A stretch of 64,000 nt of DNA from Bacteroidia bacterium (lineage in GTDB: Bacteria > Bacteroidota > Bacteroidia > NS11-12g > UBA955), in NCBI GenBank assembly GCA_041690035.1, contig JBDNFC010000016.1, positions 10,495 to 74,494 of the forward strand, given 5' to 3'. Under the pieces are notes generated by a model. That model had not been told where the DNA came from, searched no databases, and was given only the letters and a program-made list of their open reading frames with translations. Position numbers and translations under genes: made by a program. Shown here one piece after another: positions 1 to 10,000 of this stretch. The stretch's first letter is position 1. Each line of letters opens with the position of its first letter.

Positions 1-613
1 CTTCTGGTCTAGCATAAGAAAAATCAGCCAAATGACTGAGTTTGTAGTAGGAGTTTAGTCCACCAATTCCTGCCACTTCTGCATCAGCTAGTTTAATATA
101 ACCCTCTTTACTCAAAAATTCATCTGGCAGTATTAAATGCTCAATTTCGCCAATAATGAGCGTAGTTCTAGATTGTTTGATAAAAATTTCATCAATAAAT
201 TTCATGCCAATCTTGATGTTGCTTTCTGCCACAAAGGGTGCAATAAATTCTTTAATGTATTGGGGAGTAAATTCACATTTCTCAAACTCCGAAACATCTG
301 TGTCAAACTTTGCAGAGCTGCGATGTGCTTGGGCAATATGTTTGGTGTGAACATGATTGATGGTGTAGCTTTTATTTGCCAAAATGTTAAGGTAGGTATC
401 TCTTTTCACCTCTCCATGCGGGCGCATCACAAAACCAATTAGTGGAGGGTCGCTTGAAAGGTGCACCACAGAGCTAATTATGGCTAAGTTTGTTTGCCCA
501 AGATTATTTATTGTTCCTATAAGATTAGCAGGTTTTACACCAGTAATTGAGTTAATAATGTTAAGTCTTTTTACCTTTTCTAACTGCTTAATATCTTGAT
601 TATTTAATTGCAT
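1..613 (-). CDS. Flavin reductase-like (FMN-binding split-barrel) protein, 3'-partial (N-terminus in window, continues past position 1)
   Basis: Reverse-complement translation from ATG (rc of cat 611-613): MQLNNQDIKQLEKVKRLNIINSITGVKPANLIGT...NLAIISSVVHLSSDPPLIGFVMRP, typical of the flavin_reduct domain; open to window edge; 18 bp downstream of photolyase stop, same strand. Confidence 0.55.
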   Translation of the reverse strand, partial: MQLNNQDIKQLEKVKRLNIINSITGVKPANLIGTINNLGQTNLAIISSVVHLSSDPPLIGFVMRPHGEVKRDTYLNILANKSYTINHVHTKHIAQAHRSSAKFDTDVSEFEKCEFTPQYIKEFIAPFVAESNIKIGMKFIDEIFIKQSRTTLIIGEIEHLILPDEFLSKEGYIKLADAEVAGIGGLNSYYKLSHLADFSYARPE

Positions 614-631
614 TTTTTTTTAAATTATGGT

Positions 632-2098
632 TTATTTTTGTCTTTGGGGTCGTGTGTGTTTTGCCAATATAGTGCTATTTTCTCTAAGCACAGCCGAGGT
701 ATTTAAATGACCCCATAATCGTTCTCTGGCAGATTTTGCATTTATTTTCAAATCAATCAAAGGCAGAGGGTAATCTATGCCAATTCTGAAATTTAAAAAA
801 AGGGCATCTAACAAGGGCATTTTTTCTGGCTCATGTATTTGACTATCTGATAAAGTGTTTAACTCGGGAAGCCATTTTCTAATAAAAGATCCTTCGCTAT
901 CATGCTCTAAAGATTGCTTTATTGGGTTATAAATTCTTATGGTATTTATGCCCGTAGTGCCGGCCTGCATCTGAAATTGGCAATAGTGTATACCTGGTTC
1001 GTAGTCTAAAAAAAGTTGCGCTAAATAATATACCCCATCGCGCCAATCTTGATTTAAATGATGGCAAAAAAATGAAACTAACATTGCACGCATTCTAAAA
1101 TTTAACCACCCTGTTGCTGCAAGACAGCGCATGCAAGCGTCTATTAAAGGAAAGCCTGTTTTTCCATCTTTCCAGGCTTTTATATAATCTTTATTGTATT
1201 TTGTTTGCAACTGCTCAAATCCTTTGTTTAAACACCTATTTTCATAAGAGCATTGCATCTCAAATTTTTGTATAAAGTGACAATGCCATTTTAATCTCCT
1301 TAAAAAGGCATTAAAAGCCCGTTTATTTTTTTGATAATTGGGATGGGTATAAACAAATTGATAGGCTTGCCTGATGCTAATATTACCCCATGCTAAATAA
1401 ACAGAAATTCGTCCGCAGCTAGTTCTGCTTTTTAAAGGTTTGGAAATATTTTTTTGATATAATTTTCCCCTTTCTTCAGCAAAAGATTTAAGATATTTCC
1501 ATGCAAAAGTTTCGCCTGCTGGCTGAAAAGTTGAAGGAAATTTATTAAACTCACTTATGAGTGCCAATGGTAATAAAAAAGGGTTTATGATAGGGGGTAA
1601 GGTTGAATCGCTTATTAAATACAATTCTTTAGGCGCATTCATAGCATCCATCCATTTTTTATCCCAACCTTCTCTATTTTTTATCCCCCTTATAATTCCA
1701 TCTCTTTGAAATTGTGTCCAACTTATACCCTTAGATTTTAATAAAGATGATATTTGTTTATCGCGCAGCCAAGAGTGCATTCCATCAGTTTCTTGATAGG
1801 AGAGAACCTGTTTAATTTCATAATGCATTAAATAAAAGTTAAATACTTCTGTGGCTTCACCGTAGCAAATTTCAACTTTTCTATTTTTTTGTGCTATCAG
1901 TTTATTTTGCTGTTGCAGGCTATGCCAACAAAACTGCCAATGCCGCAAGCTACTTGCGGGGTGTTCCATCATCTTTGGCTCAAAAATGTAGAGCATTAGG
2001 TATGGTATGTTGCTTTTTTCTGCTGCAGCAATAGGGGCATGGTCTTGCAATCTGATATCCCTTTTTATCCAAACAATATTTACACTTGGTTTTTTCAA
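632..2098 (-). CDS. Cryptochrome/photolyase family protein (deoxyribodipyrimidine photolyase-like, full alpha/beta + FAD-binding domains)
   Basis: 488 aa ORF; N-term IVWIKRDIRLQDHAPI (photolyase alpha/beta start), C-term TGFPLIDACMRCLAATGWLNFRMRAMLVSFF and DYEPGIHYCQFQMQAGT (FAD-binding signature of CPF proteins). Confidence 0.8.
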   Translation of the reverse strand: MKKPSVNIVWIKRDIRLQDHAPIAAAEKSNIPYLMLYIFEPKMMEHPASSLRHWQFCWHSLQQQNKLIAQKNRKVEICYGEATEVFNFYLMHYEIKQVLSYQETDGMHSWLRDKQISSLLKSKGISWTQFQRDGIIRGIKNREGWDKKWMDAMNAPKELYLISDSTLPPIINPFLLPLALISEFNKFPSTFQPAGETFAWKYLKSFAEERGKLYQKNISKPLKSRTSCGRISVYLAWGNISIRQAYQFVYTHPNYQKNKRAFNAFLRRLKWHCHFIQKFEMQCSYENRCLNKGFEQLQTKYNKDYIKAWKDGKTGFPLIDACMRCLAATGWLNFRMRAMLVSFFCHHLNQDWRDGVYYLAQLFLDYEPGIHYCQFQMQAGTTGINTIRIYNPIKQSLEHDSEGSFIRKWLPELNTLSDSQIHEPEKMPLLDALFLNFRIGIDYPLPLIDLKINAKSARERLWGHLNTSAVLRENSTILAKHTRPQRQK

Positions 2099-3186
2099 AA
2101 TTCAATTTGCTTTTTGCACTTTTTCCAAAAATTAAAGAATGAAGGGTTATAGCCATTTGAATTGCTTAGCCAATCTCGGTTATCCTCCAATCCTTTATAA
2201 CCCCTATTGGTGGGATGGTTTTTATAGATAATATTTTCAATTGAATATTCAAGATATAATTCTTCAATTTCTCCAACGAATATTTGAATATTAGATATAT
2301 TTTTAGCTAAGTCGAGCACAAAATTTATGCAAAGCTCACTCACTGGATATTTTTGAAAAAATTTAGGAGAGAATAGAAGCACCCTGTTTGCTGTTTGGTT
2401 TTTTCGCCAATATGGATCTAGGTTATAATAGTTATAAACAAGGGTTGGTATCTTGTTGTCAATGCTCAATTTAGTTTTATTTGGCAATGTTGTAGTGAGG
2501 TTTGGTAAATCTGTGTCTAATAATGCTTTTGGTACTTTAATTTGTTTAAAATCTTCATACGACACATCCAAAAACGTTCCTTTCTGCTTCGAAAATAGAT
2601 GGGTATTAATATTTGCTTGATTTGCAAAATATTTCTTGTTAGAATTTGAACCAGCTATCCATTGCCAACTTAATGAATTGCTAGCCCAGTCTCCATCTAA
2701 CAAATGATAATATAACCATTTTGCTGGCATAAACCAATGTGATAAACCAATATTACATGCAATAGAGGCTACATACATTCTTGTATGATTGTGCATATAG
2801 CCTGTCTTATACAAATTATTGATGGCTTTGTCTATTTCAATAATTCCTGTGTTAGTATTTATTATTGCTTTAGGGATTTGATGATTGTGCACTGGCATTT
2901 GTGCTTGTTTTAAATCTGTATCTATTAAATCTTGCTTTGCAAGCCAAACTTGCTGCCAATAGTCACGCCAAGCCAACTCTTGGATAAGTTTTTCGCAATG
3001 TGTCCAAGGGATATTGCATTTTTTTAGATAATCATAGACTATTTTTGTAGATATAACCCCTCTTGATATGTAGGGACTTAGCATCGTTACAGCCCCATTT
3101 ATAAAATTTCTGTTTTTTGAATAAGAAAGTGCATCGATTTTATACATACTTGCATAAATATCTTCAATATGGGTAGAAAAAATCAT
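2095..3186 (-). CDS. Divergent photolyase-like protein with N-terminal FAD-binding helical domain (no canonical N-terminal alpha/beta antenna domain)
   Basis: 363 aa; SPYISRGVIS...WRDYWQQV...TGYMHNHTRMYVASIACN...DGDWASNSLSWQWIAGS matches the CPF FAD-binding domain; 4-bp ATGA overlap with downstream photolyase gene. Confidence 0.6.
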   Translation of the reverse strand: MIFSTHIEDIYASMYKIDALSYSKNRNFINGAVTMLSPYISRGVISTKIVYDYLKKCNIPWTHCEKLIQELAWRDYWQQVWLAKQDLIDTDLKQAQMPVHNHQIPKAIINTNTGIIEIDKAINNLYKTGYMHNHTRMYVASIACNIGLSHWFMPAKWLYYHLLDGDWASNSLSWQWIAGSNSNKKYFANQANINTHLFSKQKGTFLDVSYEDFKQIKVPKALLDTDLPNLTTTLPNKTKLSIDNKIPTLVYNYYNLDPYWRKNQTANRVLLFSPKFFQKYPVSELCINFVLDLAKNISNIQIFVGEIEELYLEYSIENIIYKNHPTNRGYKGLEDNRDWLSNSNGYNPSFFNFWKKCKKQIEF

Positions 3187-3452
3187 CGCTTGGTTATTTT
3201 ATTATTTGCAATAGTTTTTTGCCTAGTGCATTTAAACCTGTCTATTTGACTGCTTCTTTTTTTAAGGTGTTTGCTGCTGTGGCCACTATTCACTCTTCTA
3301 CGCCAAAGTTTAAATGAAGAACGTTTTAGCTGCTGCCTCATTAGCACGATTACCTGTTTTTCAGAAAAGCCAAATTGAAGATTTATTGCCTCAAATGAAG
3401 TTCTGTCTTCCCAAGCCATTTCTATTATTCTATCTGCAGTTTGTGCATCCAT
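3183..3452 (-). CDS. Small TIGR03643/DUF2805-like protein commonly linked to photolyase-related genes (ORF open to 3536; probable start at internal Met MDAQTADRII)
   Basis: MDAQTADRIIEMAWEDRTSFEAINLQFGFSEKQVIVLMRQQLKRSSFKLWRRRV... basic C-terminus; 4-bp overlap with next gene; the N-terminal 28 codons of the ORF are low-complexity (FLFLIFIFY) and probably untranslated. Confidence 0.5.
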   Translation of the reverse strand: MDAQTADRIIEMAWEDRTSFEAINLQFGFSEKQVIVLMRQQLKRSSFKLWRRRVNSGHSSKHLKKRSSQIDRFKCTRQKTIANNKITKR

Positions 3453-3592
3453 CTTATAAAATATAAAAATTAAAAATAAAAATAGTTTTACTTTATTAAA
3501 AAAATTTTTTTCTAACCTCTGATGTAAAATTCGCATCGTTTTTTAATAATGAATGAACTTGTTTTGTAAATGAATCAATAAATAAAAAAAAT

Positions 3593-4213
3593 ATGAAGGC
3601 AAAAATTTCAAAAATCGTTTTAATTGCTCTCTTTGGTATGGCAGCAGTGTTTAGTGTAAAAGAGGTGTAAGGGCAGACCCAAACTTGCCCCGAAGGTTGC
3701 ACTCCTCCGTGCATTCCAATTTGCTTAAGGATTACAAATATAGATTGCCCATCATTAGTGTTATATTGGCAACACCTGTGTAGCCCCATCGCACTTACCC
3801 CATTGCAGCCTTTGCCGGCAAATGAGCACAATACTTGCGGAAATACTTGCATACAATATCGTGACGTAGTGAGAAATGGTTATTGGGTGGAAGATGTAGT
3901 TATTGATCCATCAACAGGTTTTACTGTTTTAGGCCCATGTAATGGCGCAGCAGGTAATTCTTCGTATTTTCCTGCCCCCTGCGCCAAATGCAGCAAGGCT
4001 CCCAATGCGCAATGTGTGTGCCCAACAGGGCTTATATTGGGCAATGGCACCCTAAACCCGCCTGTTATTAATGGGTATCCTTTAGGAATCGATATTAATT
4101 TATTGTTTCCAGGATCTCAAGCATTTGCAGGAACAATTACCACAAATTTGCCTGCTCCATGCGACATTGTCCGTTTTTATTGTACCGGTAATACCGTACA
4201 TTTCTATAACTAA
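3593..4213 (+). pseudogene. Cysteine-rich secreted protein gene interrupted by in-frame TAA (3668-3670) between signal peptide and mature domain
   Basis: ATG 3593 MKAKISKIVLIALFGMAAVFSVKEV then TAA, same frame continues GQTQTCPEGCTPPCIPICLRITNIDCPSL...CAKCSKAPNAQCVCPTG...FYCTGNTVHFYN (15 Cys; Pro/Gly/Ala-rich); GC content visibly above flanks. Confidence 0.5.
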
Positions 4214-4220
4214 ATTTACT

Positions 4221-4264
4221 AAACCTAGATTGCATTAACTATTTTTTTAATGTAATCTAGGTTT
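4221..4264. terminator. 18-bp near-perfect hairpin (one G-U) immediately downstream of the Cys-rich ORF; likely transcription terminator/structured element
   Basis: aaacctagattgcattaa [ctattttt] ttaatgtaatctaggttt; the T-run lies in the loop, so classic intrinsic-terminator geometry is imperfect. Confidence 0.4.
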
Positions 4265-4285
4265 ATATTACTATATTTACATTAG

Positions 4286-7270
4286 CATGTTGCCAAAAAA
4301 ATTATTTTTTTTATTTTTTGTGGTCACTTTCATTTACGCTCATGCGCAGTTAGAACAATTGCGCAATACCAATAATGTAATGATTTCTGAGAGGCATCCT
4401 ATTTTATTTTAATAATAATGAACTGAGTTATTTTAAAAATTTTAATCAGTTTCCTTATTATTTTACTACTAATGCTTTTGGAGTCGATGACAGCCTTAGA
4501 CTTGGTGAAAGAACATTGAGCACATACAACTTTGATTTGCAACACAGTTGTATTTCAGATAAAAATGGGCAACTGCAATTATCAAGTAATGTCGATAGCT
4601 TATATGATGGAGAAGGCATTGTTATAAAAAGCTGGAACGAAATGAAAGCATTGCCTAATAATAGATATCGTGCAGAATGCGGCAATGTGCTGATAAGCCC
4701 AAATCCTGGCAATGATAGTCAATATTTTATAATAAGAATAGGGTATTTAATAGAAAATGGTTTTACACCAAATAAGCATCAATTAACCGTTTATACTTAT
4801 GATGCAGGGCGCAAAAGGATTGTAGATAGCATTGTACATCCCATCAATGCTATAATGGGAGATATAAAAGCCACCTTACATGCCAATGGGCAAGACTATT
4901 GGGTGGCAATTACCAATTATATTGAGCGCAGTATTAGCATTTACTTGCTTAGCAATGGTGGTCTGGCAGCAATACCTTCATCAAAAATTTTGATTGATTC
5001 CCCCGTAGAAAATTTGAATAATGTTTTCAATATTGAGCACTGTAATTATGAGATCTTATTTTCTCCCAATGGCAATTACTTAGCCATTAATTATGACCAC
5101 CAGCGTTTAGCGCGCAGCCCACAGCAGTTAAATTCAATATCAATAGAATTTATATGATTTTGATAATCAAAATGGGCAGCTATTAGATAAAAAAAGAATA
5201 GAACGGTATCTCAAATATGACATTAGAACCAAAGATACCTTTGTTTTGCAAAAATCTTTGGCATTTTCGCCCAATAGCAAATATCTGTAATTTGCCATTT
5301 CTCTTTCCTACACAAATGATGCAGCTTTAGCAAAAATAAGGGATTCGCTGTCTAGTATTTTTCAAGTAGATGTTGAAAAAATGGATATCTTGTCCACGTT
5401 TTATGATTATCTTAATATAAGTTCAGTAGAATTACATCAAGATGTATGAAATCCTCCATATTAGCCAACCTTATATGGCAGCTATTGGGTAAGAGGCAGC
5501 CTTGGTAGGTTTGATGATATGATACTAGGAAATGACAATAAGCTGTATTTATTACAGCGTGACGATTTATTTCATTATTATGTAATAGAAAACGCTAATG
5601 AGCAAATAGCGAATCTTAAATTAAAAAAGGTTCATCATCCTACTTTACAACAAGGCAATATTGTGTTTTCCCCGACTATTATCAATTATCCCTATTTAGC
5701 AAAAATATTTATAAAAAACCTATGCCATCAAGACACCGCTAAATTTTATGTACAAACGGGATATTCAGGCCCCTATTATTGGGATTTTGGCGATGGAAAA
5801 AAAGACACAAGCCTGATAGAAGAAACAAGCCATTATTATCAAACTGCAGGCGTTTATAAAGTGTCGTTTAGCTATCAGGGATATGATAGCCTAGAAACTT
5901 CTCTTAAAGAAATAGTGATTCATGAATTGCCAAAAATAGAGGTGCGTGATACTTTGCTATTTAACAATCAGTCTATTACCGTCAATGTATTTGATGCTGC
6001 CACCATCAGCTATTTATGGAGCAATGGCGATACCAATGCTTTTGTGAAAATAAACAGCGCTGGCAAGTATCAGGTTTTGGTAAAAAACAAGAATTGTCAG
6101 GCAAAAGATAGTTTTAGAGTGCACAATGCAGTGATAAAAATAATAGAAAATTATGGCTGTAACAAAAAAAGTATACCCTTAAAAATTTCTTATATAGCAG
6201 ATTCGCTCATGGGAGAATATGGACTTGTTAATTTTAGAGATACCCAAATAGATTTAGCTTATCAAAATGCACAAAAAATAAAGCTAAGGGTGTTTGTAAA
6301 CAATTTGCAAAGAGATACTTTGATAGATTTAATATTGCACGAAACACCTAAATTAAATTTAGGAAACGACAGTATACTATGCCAAAATAATTTAATTAAT
6401 TTAGGTCTAAAGCAGACAGAAACAGCGACATGGCAAGATGGCAGTAGCACAAATCAATATGCCATTAACCAATCAGGGACTTATACTGTAGTGGTAAAAA
6501 ACAATGATTGTGCAATTAAAGATACGGTAACTTATTATGTCATCAATTGTAAATTGAGCGGAGAAAATTTGTGCAAAGATGATACAAGCAAATTCGGTTT
6601 TACGGCTAATGTAGATAGCATAGCATGGAATTTTGGCGATGTCAATAAAAAGACAAGTTTGCAGGCAAGTCAGCAGCATGTTTTTAGCGATGAAGGCACT
6701 TTTAATATAAAAACTAAAATTTATGTAAAAAACATGAGCCTAGCATTGGCTAATAATATATTAATAGGTTCATATCCAAAGAATCATTTTAGCAAAGACA
6801 CGTTGGTTTGCAAAGATTTTTCGTATTATCCTATTGATGAAAACAACGATTATCAATACTTATGGAGCAATGGATTGCGCAGTAAATTTATAAAACCAAC
6901 AGAAAATGGCATTTATACTTTAGCTTTGAGTAATAAAAATTGCAGCACATTAGATACCATAAAAATACAGGTAAAAGATTGCGATTGTCCGATGTATGTC
7001 CCCACTGCATTTACGCCCAATAGTGATGGAATTAATGACTATTTTAATTTTATAAACGATTGCGAAATAAAAGAGTACGAGCTAATGATTTTTGATAAAT
7101 GGGGAGGTTTAATCTATAAAACAAAAGCAAATGATGCAATAAGCTGGGATGGCAAAAATAGTGAGGGCGAAATATTGCCTACAGACAGCTATTTATGGAC
7201 ACTAAGATACATCATTAAAGAAACCAACAAACAGTATTTTAAATTTGGCAGTGTTTTGGTTTTGTTTTAG
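4286..7270 (+). pseudogene. Decayed gene for a large T9SS cargo protein (signal peptide ... beta-propeller-like repeats ... gliding-motility/T9SS type-B C-terminal sorting domain), broken into at least 4 frame fragments
   Basis: 4286-4411 MLPKKLFFLFFVVTFIYAHAQ (signal peptide, frame 2, stops at 4409); frame 1 open 4384-5157 (...FSPNGNYLAINYD); further fragments 5158-5464 in other frames (LAFSPNSKYL*); frame 2 open 5465-7270 ending CDCPMYVPTAFTPNSDGINDYFNF...WDGKNSEGEILPTDSYLWTLRY (type B CTD). The 583-aa fragment has no signal peptide. Confidence 0.55.
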
Positions 7271-7482
7271 GTTAAGAAAATAGGGTTTGTGATATACGCT
7301 TTTTTAGTTTTCTAATCCACAATAATTAGATTGATAAAGCGCTGTATGGTCGTTATTCTTAAGCTATTTAGAAGTTTTATAATGAAAAGCTAATCTATTA
7401 TGAGTCTTTTGTTATTAATCTGGGCAGAAAATGAGGAAATCTTGTGGCTTATCCCTCAAATATAATAATTAATTTTGACCCA

Positions 7483-8976
7483 ATGTCTCAAAATATCAAA
7501 ACAGCCTTAATATCTGTATTTCACAAAGAGAGTTTGGCGCCTCTCATCCATCAATTAAAAAAGAAAAATGTATCGTTAATTTCAACAGGAGGTACGGGAC
7601 TATTTATAGAAGAATTGGGATATACCTACACCAAAGTAGAAACTTTGACAGGCTATCCAGAAATTTTTGGAGGCAGGGTAAAAACACTTCACCCTGCTAT
7701 ATTTGGCGGCATTTTAAATAGACGGGCATCCGAAAATGATAAAAAAGAGGCCGAAGCACATCAAATTATTAGCATAGATTTAGTAATTGTGGATCTTTAC
7801 CCTTTTGAAGAAACGCTCGAAAAATCTCAAAATCACGAAGAAATCATTGAAAAAATTGACATCGGGGGTATTTCGCTTATACGTGCTGCTGCAAAAAATT
7901 ATCAAGATGTATTGGTAATAAGTCATCGCGGACAATATGAGGTTTTGACTAAAATATTAAATGCAGGGAATGAAACTTTACTTTCGGACAGGAAAAAATT
8001 TGCAGCTGCTGCTTTCGAGGTTTCAGCTAAATATGATAGCGCAATAAACCGCTATTTATCTGAGCAATCTACAATTGCATTGCGTTATGGCGAAAATCCG
8101 CATCAAAAAGGATATTTTAGAGGGAATTTAGATGCTATTTTTAATCAAATAAGTGGCAAAGAATTATCCTATAATAATTTGTTAGATGTGGATGCAGCCA
8201 TGCTTTTAATGCAAGATTTTGACGCAAAAGAAGGTGCAACTTTTGCCATTCTCAAGCACAATAATGCTTGTGGAATTGCCACCCACAAACATTTGGCCAC
8301 TGCCTATCAAAAAGCATTTGAAGCAGATACACTTTCTGCCTTTGGTGGTATTTTAATTTGTAATCATACCATAGATTTTGCTACAGCAGAGGCAATGAAT
8401 AGCTTATTTTATGAAATTATTATTGCTCCAGATTATGCCCCATTAGCCTTAGAGAAAATTTTAACAAAAAAGAATCGCATTGTGCTTAAATCTAAAAATT
8501 TTATTTATCCTAATATGCAAGAAAGAACTTTGCTTAATGGGCACTTAATTCAAGAAAGAGATGCATTTGTAGACACTGAACAAAATTTAGTATCGGTGAG
8601 TAAAAAAAGTGTTGATAGTCATGAAATGGAAGATGCTCTTTTTGCCTTAAAAATTGTAAAACATACTAAATCTAATGCCATTGTACTGGTAAAAAACCAA
8701 CAATTACTTGCCAGCGGCACAGGTCAAACGAGTAGGGTAGATGCACTGCAACAAGCTATTGCAAAAGCAAACCATTTTAAGCTGAACCTGAAAGGTTCAA
8801 TTATGGCCTCTGATGCATTTTTCCCTTTTCCAGATTGTGTAGAAATAGCAAATATAGCGGATATTTCCGTTGTTGTGCATCCTGGTGGCTCTAAAAATGA
8901 TCAACTTTCTATCTCTTATTGCGATGAACATAATATGGCCATGCTTATTAATGGTCACAGGCATTTTAAGCACTAA
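7483..8976 (+). CDS. purH: Bifunctional AICAR formyltransferase / IMP cyclohydrolase
   Basis: MSQNIKTALISVFHK...GGTG...VKTLHPAIFGGIL...; ORF opens at GTG 7444 but conserved N-terminus starts at Met 7483. Confidence 0.9.
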   Translation: MSQNIKTALISVFHKESLAPLIHQLKKKNVSLISTGGTGLFIEELGYTYTKVETLTGYPEIFGGRVKTLHPAIFGGILNRRASENDKKEAEAHQIISIDLVIVDLYPFEETLEKSQNHEEIIEKIDIGGISLIRAAAKNYQDVLVISHRGQYEVLTKILNAGNETLLSDRKKFAAAAFEVSAKYDSAINRYLSEQSTIALRYGENPHQKGYFRGNLDAIFNQISGKELSYNNLLDVDAAMLLMQDFDAKEGATFAILKHNNACGIATHKHLATAYQKAFEADTLSAFGGILICNHTIDFATAEAMNSLFYEIIIAPDYAPLALEKILTKKNRIVLKSKNFIYPNMQERTLLNGHLIQERDAFVDTEQNLVSVSKKSVDSHEMEDALFALKIVKHTKSNAIVLVKNQQLLASGTGQTSRVDALQQAIAKANHFKLNLKGSIMASDAFFPFPDCVEIANIADISVVVHPGGSKNDQLSISYCDEHNMAMLINGHRHFKH

Positions 8977-9039
8977 CTGATCGTAAAACCTAGAAAATTT
9001 TATTCGAAATAAAGGTGCTATTAATTTTAGATAAAAATG

Positions 9040-9993
9040 CTATACAAGGCTTCCAAAAAATGATTTAATCAGCTTTTTGCAATCTTGAGAATCTATTTCT
9101 AGGTTTTTAATCTCTCTACTCAATATTTCGTAGGTGTGATAATGGTTTACTAATTTTGACCTTAATTCATTTTCCAAAGGATGTGGCATATTTATTTCTG
9201 TAATTTTCCCTCCTATCACATTAATCATTAGGGGAATTTGATTAAAACTTCCATGCACGCAGTATTTGGGAGAGTAGCCTGCTATCCAATCTATGCCACG
9301 GTATTTTTGATTAGATAACTTAATTATTTGTTCCTTTTCTGCTGCAGTAAAATTAGCAGGTGAATAGCCATTATCTATAAAAGTGTTGCATAAATGTGCT
9401 TGAAAATCTTCTATCGTAATATTTTTTAAATAATCTACAATGTTGCAAACTTTGCTTCTATTGCTTTGTACAAATTTACCCCCAAATTGAGCGATTTCTG
9501 TTTTTAAAATGGCTCCTAAATTGTCCAAATTGCTATTAAAAAGCAAGGTGCCATGGTGCAGTGTTTTATTTAGTTTTTGAGAAAGGTGTGCTGCATTTCC
9601 ACTTATTTTAAATCCCTCGAGCATCAAATCATTTCTGCCACTGTGATTTACTTTTAGCCCTAACATTGCTAAAGCATCTACAATCGGTTGTGTAAACTGT
9701 TTGAAATCAATCTTGTTTCCGCCAATATTCTTTTGTATGAAAGTAAAATTAATATTTCCTAAATCGTGATAAACTGTTCCACCACCTGAAATTCTTCTGG
9801 CCATTTTTACTTCTTTTTCAAAAGCCACTTTTGTATTGATTTCTGCAGCCAATACCTGATGCTTTCCAATAACCACAGTGGGCTCATTTTTCCAAAAACG
9901 ACATACATTATCGTTGGTATTTAATAACAAATACTCCTCTGCTGCAAGATTAAAATAAGGATCTGTTTGGTCAAAATCTGCTATTAATCTCAT
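9040..9993 (-). CDS. Lipoate--protein ligase (LplA/LplJ family, BPL/LPL catalytic domain)
   Basis: 317 aa; DPYFNLAAEEYLL...PTVVIGKHQ...RRISGGGTVYHDLGN motifs. Confidence 0.75.
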   Translation of the reverse strand: MRLIADFDQTDPYFNLAAEEYLLLNTNDNVCRFWKNEPTVVIGKHQVLAAEINTKVAFEKEVKMARRISGGGTVYHDLGNINFTFIQKNIGGNKIDFKQFTQPIVDALAMLGLKVNHSGRNDLMLEGFKISGNAAHLSQKLNKTLHHGTLLFNSNLDNLGAILKTEIAQFGGKFVQSNRSKVCNIVDYLKNITIEDFQAHLCNTFIDNGYSPANFTAAEKEQIIKLSNQKYRGIDWIAGYSPKYCVHGSFNQIPLMINVIGGKITEINMPHPLENELRSKLVNHYHTYEILSREIKNLEIDSQDCKKLIKSFFGSLV

Positions 9994-10000
9994 GTAAAAT

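Noticed and set aside
137-442. Plus-strand ORFs 137-442 and 156-350
   Set aside because: Antisense to a well-conserved flavin-reductase-like reading frame on the minus strand. No motifs. Typical AT-rich shadow ORFs.
3496-3852. Minus-strand 118-aa ORF overlapping the divergent promoter and the Cys-rich gene
   Set aside because: Antisense to the coherent signal-peptide + Cys-rich frame. Low-complexity translation.
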